A stretch of 64,000 nt of DNA from an uncultured virus (IMG/VR IMGVR_UViG_3300012920_000026) (taxonomy: Duplodnaviria; Heunggongvirae; Uroviricota; Caudoviricetes), in IMG/VR virus record IMGVR_UViG_3300012920_000026, positions 1 to 64,000 of that record; one strand, written 5' to 3'. Every line of letters begins with the position of its first letter. Positions within the stretch are counted from its first letter, which is position 1. This document shows, piece after piece, positions 1 to 6,868 of this stretch. The notes below the pieces were generated by a model, which had not been told where the DNA came from, searched no databases, and saw nothing but the letters and a program-made list of their open reading frames with translations. The position numbers and the translations under genes were made by a program.

Positions 1-1575
1 AAAGATGGTGATTTTGCTTCTATAGAAGAAGTAGTTGTACCACAAATGAAAGAGTATCAAATTAAATTTTATCAAAACGTAAATTCTTGGAGAGAAATCA
101 AAAATACTGTCGTGTCAGATGATAGTGATACTGCCCTAGACGCAATGGATTGGGAATATGATTATGGTGATGTGGTGAATCCAGAATTAACAACTCACAT
201 AGATGATGAAATACATCAAGGAGATTATGATGAGGTTTTTGATACAGATGCAGATGTATTACGAACTTTAAATGAAAGTATTAAAAAAATATTAAAAGAG
301 GAACTAAATACTGAAAAAGAACCGGTAATTTTTATTGCAGGTTGTTCTTCTGCAGGTGAATGTGGTAAAAAATATAAGTATTCACACCAACAACAAGGTG
401 AAATGTTACAGTCTGCTTTAGGTGATAATTTTAATGTAATAACCCTATCACATGTACCCTCACCTTTATCAGAAATAAAAAAACATAATAATCCTTATGT
501 AGTTATGTTTAGTGCTGGTGGTAGACACTCAGATAGGGTGGCAAACGAAATCAACAATAGTGAAAAAGACTTAAATAAAATTTATATTGTTGAGCCTTAT
601 ACTTGTGGTTCAAACACTCTAAAAAAAGTTAACTCCGCAATAACTACGATAGGGAGCAATGATAATGTCTATGGTGGAACATCAAATTGTACAGGTAAAA
701 ATGTCGCAGGTAAAATAGATAGTGAAAGTAATCACTGGAGTGCCTTAACTACTGTAGGTAATGATATTAAAAGGACATATATGCCTTCTGTTTCCTTAGA
801 TGAATCTAAAAAAAGAAAAATAAAAATTAGTGAAAGCCAATTATCTAAAATAGAAGAGGATTTAAAATACTGGAGTGTAAGCGATGCAAACCCAAACAAA
901 AACAAATATGAAATGGGTATGGAGTTAGAAGAAGAGGTAACTAGTATTCCAATATATAAAGATAATAATCCCCACAAAAGAGTGTATGAAAAAATGAGAA
1001 GAGAATTTCCTGATACACCAGAATATGTTTTACAAGATTATTACAGAAATATCATACTAATGAGAGCACCAGGTCATCGTCCAGCAATGAAAGATATTTT
1101 AAACACTTATAATGGTGATCCAATACCTTATATTAAGGGTGATGGAAATGGGTGGTGGTATAACTATTTAAAAGGTCCGTGGAAGTTACAAGTTTTAAAT
1201 GTAAACCCAATGGACTTTGATAAACGTACAGTTAGGGCGTTTGAACAAAGGGATTTTGGTAATATAAATGCATATAACGTACCAAAAGATGAAGAACGAA
1301 TGGACACTCAAATGAGTATGAGAAGAGATGATGGAATGAACGAACCAGTTATTATTCTACAAAATCCTGATGGTACTTATCAACTAGTAGAAGGGTGGCA
1401 TAGAACAATGTCTATATTAAAAATGGGTGATAAACCTACTGAAGATTATTATGATGAAGATGATTATAATGATGAATTGTGGGATGAAGAAACACCTACT
1501 GAGTTAAAAGATTGGGATAAAGTTAAACTCAGAGCATTTGTTGCACCAAATCCAGACTTTAAAGAAAAAAAGTGA
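1..1575 (+). CDS. 5'-truncated modular protein: alpha/beta-hydrolase-like module plus C-terminal ParB/Srx-like module, separated by leader-like linkers
   Basis: Frame 1 is open from base 1, so the ATG at 46 is probably internal. Hydrolase-like features: VIFIAG, VVMFSAGG elbow-like motif, HWSAL. ParB/Srx-like motif: EPVIILQNPDGTYQLVEGWHRTMS. Confidence 0.6.
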   Translation, partial: KDGDFASIEEVVVPQMKEYQIKFYQNVNSWREIKNTVVSDDSDTALDAMDWEYDYGDVVNPELTTHIDDEIHQGDYDEVFDTDADVLRTLNESIKKILKEELNTEKEPVIFIAGCSSAGECGKKYKYSHQQQGEMLQSALGDNFNVITLSHVPSPLSEIKKHNNPYVVMFSAGGRHSDRVANEINNSEKDLNKIYIVEPYTCGSNTLKKVNSAITTIGSNDNVYGGTSNCTGKNVAGKIDSESNHWSALTTVGNDIKRTYMPSVSLDESKKRKIKISESQLSKIEEDLKYWSVSDANPNKNKYEMGMELEEEVTSIPIYKDNNPHKRVYEKMRREFPDTPEYVLQDYYRNIILMRAPGHRPAMKDILNTYNGDPIPYIKGDGNGWWYNYLKGPWKLQVLNVNPMDFDKRTVRAFEQRDFGNINAYNVPKDEERMDTQMSMRRDDGMNEPVIILQNPDGTYQLVEGWHRTMSILKMGDKPTEDYYDEDDYNDELWDEETPTELKDWDKVKLRAFVAPNPDFKEKK

Positions 1576-1646
1576 ACCGGGGAGGATTCGAACCTCCGAC
1601 CGTCTGCTTAGAAGGCAGATGCTCTATCCAGCTGAGCTACCGGTCC
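1573..1646 (-). tRNA. trnR: tRNA-Arg(TCT)
   Basis: Minus strand GGACCGG...CCGGTTC-A acceptor stem, D arm, anticodon arm TCTGC-CT-TCT-AA-GCAGA, GGTTCGAATCC T-arm; CCA not encoded. Confidence 0.95.
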
Positions 1647-1652
1647 AATATG

Positions 1653-1736
1653 TACTCGAAGCGGGAATCGAACCCGCACTCCCAAATGGGAACAAGATTT
1701 TAAGTCTTGCGTGTCTACCTATTCCACCACTCGAGC
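1653..1736 (-). tRNA. trnL: tRNA-Leu(TAA)
   Basis: GCTCGAG...TTCGAGT-A acceptor stem, anticodon arm CAAGA-CT-TAA-AA-TCTTG, long variable arm, GGTTCGATTCC T-arm; CCA not encoded. Confidence 0.95.
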
Positions 1737-1883
1737 ATCGAGTATGTTATTAAAATATTCAATAACATATTTAGCATATGAAGTTAGAACATCTCTACCT
1801 TCAAATACAAACATTTCTTTACCTTTAATTACTGCATCTTTATACTGTAATTTAAACTTATCTATATTTTCTAAACTAATCAT
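1719..1883 (-). CDS. 54-aa hypothetical protein, paralog of the adjacent 56-aa ORF (not in ORF track)
   Basis: Translated by hand: MISLENIDKFKLQYKDAVIKGKEMFVFEGRDVLTSYAKYVIEYFNNILDARVVE*. Starts 2 nt after the upstream ORF stop; its TAG lies inside tRNA-Leu. Confidence 0.7.
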   Translation of the reverse strand: MISLENIDKFKLQYKDAVIKGKEMFVFEGRDVLTSYAKYVIEYFNNILDARVVE

Positions 1884-1885
1884 AA

Positions 1886-2056
1886 TTATATTTTAAACCA
1901 CTCAATCATTTTTAACTCTTTATTCAAATGTTCAATATCATCTTTGGCTACTGAAAGTATAATACTTCTTCCTTCATAGTGAAATGCGCTTTTACCTTCT
2001 TTTACTGCCTTATTGTATAGTGAAGTGAGTGTTTTTATATTTTTTATTTTAACCAT
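1886..2056 (-). CDS. 56-aa hypothetical protein (not in ORF track)
   Basis: MVKIKNIKTLTSLYNKAVKEGKSAFHYEGRSIILSVAKDDIEHLNKELKMIEWFKI*. A full TTTG-N20-TATATTTG promoter ends 4 nt before the ATG. Confidence 0.75.
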   Translation of the reverse strand: MVKIKNIKTLTSLYNKAVKEGKSAFHYEGRSIILSVAKDDIEHLNKELKMIEWFKI

Positions 2057-2060
2057 ACCT

Positions 2061-2092
2061 CAAATATAGTAATAATTTTTTACTAAAACAAA
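2061..2092 (-). promoter_or_regulatory. Bacteroidota-type sigma70 promoter (-33 TTTG / -7 TAnnTTTG)
   Basis: Minus strand TTTG-N20-TATATTTG-N4-ATG. Confidence 0.75.
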
Positions 2093-2281
2093 TTAATTGT
2101 AAGTTTTTGATATTACATCTAAAAATAAATCCGTATAAGAATCTACTTTATTAGGGTAATTACGTTTCATACGTTTAGCCCAATTTTGTGCCCACTCATA
2201 TGCGTGTTCTTTTTGTTTTTCAGTTTTACAACTACTAACAACTTTATTAACATAATTAAACTGTTCTCTTAAATTTAACAT
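2093..2281 (-). CDS. hypothetical protein, 62 aa
   Basis: ATG-started ORF tiling between neighbouring minus-strand ORFs. Confidence 0.7.
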   Translation of the reverse strand: MLNLREQFNYVNKVVSSCKTEKQKEHAYEWAQNWAKRMKRNYPNKVDSYTDLFLDVISKTYN

Positions 2282-2287
2282 ATTTTA

Positions 2288-2440
2288 TTATTTAAAAATT
2301 ATAGTATATAATATTGAATGTATCCCTTTTAAATGAACGGGATCTATTAACAATCTAATTTTCTTCATTAGTCTATACCTTTTTATTAATCTAAACTTAT
2401 TAGTTGTGTGATATTCCTCTATTATGTTTTGTAATTCCAT
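2288..2440 (-). CDS. 50-aa basic hypothetical protein (not in ORF track)
   Basis: MELQNIIEEYHTTNKFRLIKRYRLMKKIRLLIDPVHLKGIHSILYTIIFK*. Fills the gap between neighbours and has a promoter 4 nt upstream. Confidence 0.6.
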   Translation of the reverse strand: MELQNIIEEYHTTNKFRLIKRYRLMKKIRLLIDPVHLKGIHSILYTIIFK

Positions 2441-2444
2441 ATTG

Positions 2445-2476
2445 TAAAAATAAAAAAAATATTTTAATTTACCAAA
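2445..2476 (-). promoter_or_regulatory. Bacteroidota-type promoter (variant -7 box)
   Basis: TTTG-N20-TATTTTTA-N4-ATG. Confidence 0.55.
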
Positions 2477-2859
2477 TGTTTTTTAAAATTTTCTAAATAT
2501 TTTTTTATATTTTCTGCACCCACAGGATTTGCAGAATGTACCAAATAAAATGGTATATCTTTACCTTCATCTAAACAATATTCACACAACCATCTACAAG
2601 CATCATATCCCGTTTTTTCTTTCAGACTACCATAATTAATATCACCCTTTTGATTTTCTGGTAAATATGCATCATACGAGAGATCATGATCGAAAGATAT
2701 GTGAGTTGGTAAACCAAATTTATTAATCGCAGAAATAAATTGATAGTAGTCTCTAACTATAACCCAATCGTTATCACTTTCATATAATGGATTAACTGTT
2801 AATTTAAATACACAATAAGGGGTCCTGATATCATCGAGAAATAGTTTATAATTTTTCAT
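2464..2859 (-). CDS. cyclic-phosphate-processing receiver-like domain protein
   Basis: Motifs LFLDDIR, ISFDHDL, TGYD, VHSANPVG match this receiver-fold family as recalled. Confidence 0.75.
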   Translation of the reverse strand: MKNYKLFLDDIRTPYCVFKLTVNPLYESDNDWVIVRDYYQFISAINKFGLPTHISFDHDLSYDAYLPENQKGDINYGSLKEKTGYDACRWLCEYCLDEGKDIPFYLVHSANPVGAENIKKYLENFKKHLVN

Positions 2860-2863
2860 ATCA

Positions 2864-2895
2864 TAAATGTACGAAAAAATTTTAACTATAACAAA
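2864..2895 (-). promoter_or_regulatory. Bacteroidota-type promoter
   Basis: TTTG-N20-TACATTTA-N4-ATG. Confidence 0.65.
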
Positions 2896-2922
2896 AAAAA
2901 ATAAGAAATAATAAGGTTAATT

Positions 2923-3867
2923 TTAGGACATAGGTGAAAATATTTTATTTAAAAAAAGACCCGCTGGTTTGGTCCTACGGTATGCCCTCCAATAAGCTTT
3001 TTTATCTTCTTCATCCTCAGAATTTTTCCAATCGTCAATTGTATTATATTTTTTAGATATATTTATTAGATCTTCCTCAGTATCCAAATAGTTTTTATGA
3101 TGTTTCATATGAGAAGTTACATCTTCCCAAAATTCTTTACCTCTTTTAAATGCCTGCCAGTAAGTAAGTCTATCATCATTTTTCCACTCTGTCTTAGTTT
3201 TATATTTTAAAGCAATTTTTCTTAGAGTGTCGTCTGAGTTTAAATACTTCATACCTAAAGCACCTGTTTTAGCAATATTTAAAATTTGCCAACCATTATT
3301 CATATACTCAGTCTCATAAAAAGACTCTAATTCTTTAGCCTCTTTAAACCCAACTTTTTCTGGTGTAAGTTTTTTAAGTTTAAGACGTAGTTGTGGGTTA
3401 CTTTCTAAAAACTTACCTACTGCGGTTTTTTCTTGTTTTTTGCTATAAGAACAACTATCTGTTGTGTGTTCCAAATGTCTTCTATCAATATCACAAGACA
3501 ACCCTATATATGCTGCTATTGGTTTATCACCATCCGCATCAGTAAATTCATAAACATATATATCTTTTTCACCAAACCAACCAGCAGGTTCCATATCAGA
3601 AGTTAATTCTCGCCAAAATTTATTTCCCTCACCCTCATTATCTGTGTTCATAACCTTTACCCTATTCTTTGCTACATAATAACTATTTTTATCTACACTA
3701 TTTAACCATTCTTTTATAGTTCGATATTTTTTTGCTATCTTAATTAATTCGTCATTGGTGTACTTAACCTTTCTTCCAATTTTGTGAAATCTTGAACTTA
3801 ATCTCCTATCATAAGACTCTCTTTCTTTAATTTTTTTAAATTGGTTTTCAGTTATAATAATCTTCAT
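2923..3867 (-). CDS. GIY-YIG family nuclease with three helical repeats (homing-endonuclease-like)
   Basis: DIYVYEF...AYIGLS...RRHLEH...E...N core; three repeats of L..I(A/S).KY.T..(E/D)W. Confidence 0.7.
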   Translation of the reverse strand: MKIIITENQFKKIKERESYDRRLSSRFHKIGRKVKYTNDELIKIAKKYRTIKEWLNSVDKNSYYVAKNRVKVMNTDNEGEGNKFWRELTSDMEPAGWFGEKDIYVYEFTDADGDKPIAAYIGLSCDIDRRHLEHTTDSCSYSKKQEKTAVGKFLESNPQLRLKLKKLTPEKVGFKEAKELESFYETEYMNNGWQILNIAKTGALGMKYLNSDDTLRKIALKYKTKTEWKNDDRLTYWQAFKRGKEFWEDVTSHMKHHKNYLDTEEDLINISKKYNTIDDWKNSEDEEDKKAYWRAYRRTKPAGLFLNKIFSPMS

Positions 3868-3870
3868 AAT

Positions 3871-3878
3871 TATAAATA
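3871..3878 (-). promoter_or_regulatory. putative late promoter motif TATTTATA
   Basis: Motif recurs upstream of about 14 minus-strand genes; here 3 nt before the ATG. Confidence 0.55.
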
Positions 3879-3903
3879 TTTTGTCAAACCAAAAAAAAAC
3901 ATA

Positions 3904-4851
3904 TTATAATAAACTTTCTTTTATACGTTTTGCGGTAGTAATTAATTTAATTACACCCTTACTACCTAATTTTTGGTGTACGTCTGATAAATCAAATCGT
4001 TTAGGCATATATACCATTAGTACCCTTCCATTCAATTTAGTACTATCTAATTTTTTATATAGGTTAATTGCGTCTTTTTCTGCATCGTTGTCTAAAACTA
4101 TTATGACTTTGGCGGAAGCATTATCTATTAATTTTTTAAATAACAAATCATTTAGTACTTTACCCAACATAGGAATACTATTTGGTAGGGTGATATGATC
4201 GAATACACCTTCTACTAAATAAATGTTAGAATCCCAATTAATTTTTCCTTCATTAAATATAATATCCATTTTAGATACTTCAGGATTTTTATACTTTAGT
4301 TTTGTGTATTTTTCAAAACTCCTACCTAAAAAATAATTTATCTTACCTTCACTGTCATATGATGGAAATATAATTCTATTTCTGTAATCTCCTACGTTAG
4401 CGTAACCTAAATTATATTTTTTAATTAAGTCTATCCCTATATTTCTTTTACTAAGATATTGTAGTGCTTGTTGATATCCACTATCATTCCTTTCTATAGT
4501 TAGTGGTGTAAAATTTTTAGGTAATCCCGTTATAACCACCTTTTCTTTGTCTACTACAACCCTTTTATTATCAGGTATTACTAACTGATATTGTTTCATA
4601 TGGTTTTTATTACCATACTTCCTAATAAGTTTATTAAGTGTCCCATGTGTACCATAGGTTTCTGAACAAGCCCAACATTTATAAACATGATGATAGTAAT
4701 TAACTTCTAAATTACCTTTACCATCTCCACAGTCTAGTCCTTTAATTGATGAACATACAGGACAGTCAAAAGATATCTGACTTTTGTTTTCATAATGTTT
4801 TTTAGAATTACCTAATACATCTTCTAAGATTTCTACAACTAATTGTGACAT
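3904..4851 (-). CDS. DNA primase (Zn-binding + TOPRIM)
   Basis: CPVC...CWAC zinc ribbon, RIIFP, TOPRIM motifs EGVFD and DND. Confidence 0.9.
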   Translation of the reverse strand: MSQLVVEILEDVLGNSKKHYENKSQISFDCPVCSSIKGLDCGDGKGNLEVNYYHHVYKCWACSETYGTHGTLNKLIRKYGNKNHMKQYQLVIPDNKRVVVDKEKVVITGLPKNFTPLTIERNDSGYQQALQYLSKRNIGIDLIKKYNLGYANVGDYRNRIIFPSYDSEGKINYFLGRSFEKYTKLKYKNPEVSKMDIIFNEGKINWDSNIYLVEGVFDHITLPNSIPMLGKVLNDLLFKKLIDNASAKVIIVLDNDAEKDAINLYKKLDSTKLNGRVLMVYMPKRFDLSDVHQKLGSKGVIKLITTAKRIKESLL

Positions 4852-4855
4852 TTCA

Positions 4856-4887
4856 CAAATATATGAATTTTATTTTAAAAATCCAAA
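4856..4887 (-). promoter_or_regulatory. Bacteroidota-type promoter
   Basis: TTTG-N20-TATATTTG-N4-ATG of primase. Confidence 0.75.
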
Positions 4888-5520
4888 TTAATTCCAGTCT
4901 CCACATTTTCTCATACCACCTAATACACACGCATATGCATCAGTCATATCATAATTTTCTTTAGTTAATTTGTTGTGTTTATCGTATATCCATACTACTT
5001 GTGGTTCTATCTCACTTACTTTTTGATGTATTATCACTTTTTTATCAATATCATATGGTAAACCCCCAAATAAAACTGGATTTTTCTTTTCTATTTCTTT
5101 GTCTGTATATCTTTCACCTGATTTTTTAAATAACCTAACTTGCATTAAATCTGGGAAAGCAAATTTTCTAGCATCGTAAGATGAAACAAATTCAGGTACT
5201 ATGTTTAAAACCTCATACACTGACCTACATATCATACCATTAAATCGTAATAACGTTGCGACAGTATTTACATTATTAGATCTTAATAAAGGTTCTTCAA
5301 TAAAAACCCTATCAATTTCAATATCACTATATTTTTCTAAGAAATCCTCTTCAAATATTTGAACCTTTTTTATTAAAGTTTCTATATTATTTTTAGGTTT
5401 AGGTTTAACTTTAGGTGTTATATGTGTTAACAATTGTAATTTACCATTATCACCTTTATCTTCAAAAAGTGCTATACCTATAGTTTTTGTGGACACATCT
5501 AGCCCTAGAATTCTACTCAT
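4888..5520 (-). CDS. RuvC-like Holliday junction resolvase
   Basis: ILGLDVS..TIG, VFIEE and DMTDA acidic motifs of the RNase H/RuvC fold. Confidence 0.8.
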   Translation of the reverse strand: MSRILGLDVSTKTIGIALFEDKGDNGKLQLLTHITPKVKPKPKNNIETLIKKVQIFEEDFLEKYSDIEIDRVFIEEPLLRSNNVNTVATLLRFNGMICRSVYEVLNIVPEFVSSYDARKFAFPDLMQVRLFKKSGERYTDKEIEKKNPVLFGGLPYDIDKKVIIHQKVSEIEPQVVWIYDKHNKLTKENYDMTDAYACVLGGMRKCGDWN

Positions 5521-5558
5521 TATAAAACATTTTTTTAATTAAAGTTTTTACACTTTAT

Positions 5559-6857
5559 TTATAAAACAACTTGTACATCAAATATTACAAAATCGTTTTT
5601 CTTTTTAATAATTTGTCTATCTACTTTTCCGATAGCCAATACTTCTCCCGTTACATCAGTTATACCAATTTCTGTTATTCTAACATCATCATTTAAATCA
5701 ATTGTACCATTATTAGATCTAAAAAATTCTCCTCTTCCTGCAATACAAATAACATTCTGTACTAAGTTATTAACAACACTATCTACAGTAGTATTAAAAG
5801 TACCACCTGAATAATAATATAAACCTAAATCATTAGTTATTATACCAGTTTCTGTATCACCACTAAAATCAGTTGCAATATTATTTACAATTGTTGGATC
5901 GGTGAATGCTAAAATTCCTTTATCTAAATATGCCACACCAATAACGTTATCTTTATTAATTCCTGTAGGTCCAACGGTTTTAGTATTTATAAGTTGTTTA
6001 TTATTTACACTAAAAGGTTTTACTTGATCGTATCCTGTAGACCAACTCTTAGTTAAATCGTCATTAGGTCTTTGTACATTATCAGAAACCATATAACTTA
6101 CAGGAAAATCTTTCCCAAAAATACCTTCAGTAAATACTGAACCATCTTTATATCTACCATCTAACTGTACTAAACTAAATTGTGCACTATTAACAAAAGT
6201 TGAATAACAATCATAGGTTGTGATACCTGTTGCTTCACCACCAGATGTATAACCGGTAACTATTGGTAAAGTTGTTTTTATAGTTTTACCATCAATCAAT
6301 TCACCATAACTATCGTTATCTATTATCGCCATTAAAACTTTATCTGTAGCTAATCCACTAAATGCAGTGTCTGACCAACCACCGTTGGTTGATGTAGTTC
6401 CTGTAAATATTTTCTTTTTAGATTCTAAAATCGGTAACCTTAAACTTTCAAAATAATTGGTAAAAGGAGAAGTATTATCTGTCTTATCAATTAAAATATA
6501 AGTTAAATTACTTCCACTTACTACTGTTTCCCCCAATGGTACTGTAGTATTAACAATAACATTGGACCCTGACTCAACCGATTTAATATTTATCTGTGTA
6601 TTGTTTAAATAAAGTTTATTTTTAATTCCTACACCTACATCTATATTATCATTTGTTCCACCATTTTCACCTAAATCACCACTATTTGAAGGTACTAACC
6701 CAGATGTTAATAACCCACTAGTCCTATAATTTGCATCAGAATCTCCTAAAACAAAGTGTGTTAGTATCTGATTACTTTGAGTTAATAATCTTTCTCTACC
6801 AGCTAATGTTAGTTTTGCCGTTATTGATACCGTATTCGCTGAACTGATTAATCCCAT
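5559..6857 (-). CDS. virion tail/baseplate protein with tail-collar-like N- and C-terminal motifs
   Basis: N-terminal KLTLAGRERL and C-terminal ITEIGITD..GEVLAIGK; lies in the structural block. Confidence 0.6.
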   Translation of the reverse strand: MGLISSANTVSITAKLTLAGRERLLTQSNQILTHFVLGDSDANYRTSGLLTSGLVPSNSGDLGENGGTNDNIDVGVGIKNKLYLNNTQINIKSVESGSNVIVNTTVPLGETVVSGSNLTYILIDKTDNTSPFTNYFESLRLPILESKKKIFTGTTSTNGGWSDTAFSGLATDKVLMAIIDNDSYGELIDGKTIKTTLPIVTGYTSGGEATGITTYDCYSTFVNSAQFSLVQLDGRYKDGSVFTEGIFGKDFPVSYMVSDNVQRPNDDLTKSWSTGYDQVKPFSVNNKQLINTKTVGPTGINKDNVIGVAYLDKGILAFTDPTIVNNIATDFSGDTETGIITNDLGLYYYSGGTFNTTVDSVVNNLVQNVICIAGRGEFFRSNNGTIDLNDDVRITEIGITDVTGEVLAIGKVDRQIIKKKNDFVIFDVQVVL

Positions 6858-6868
6858 TTCTTTATAAT

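Noticed and set aside
1538..1896. Plus-strand ORFs 1538..1753 and 1711..1896
   Set aside because: They are antisense to the two tRNAs and the 54-aa ORF, so they are shadow frames.
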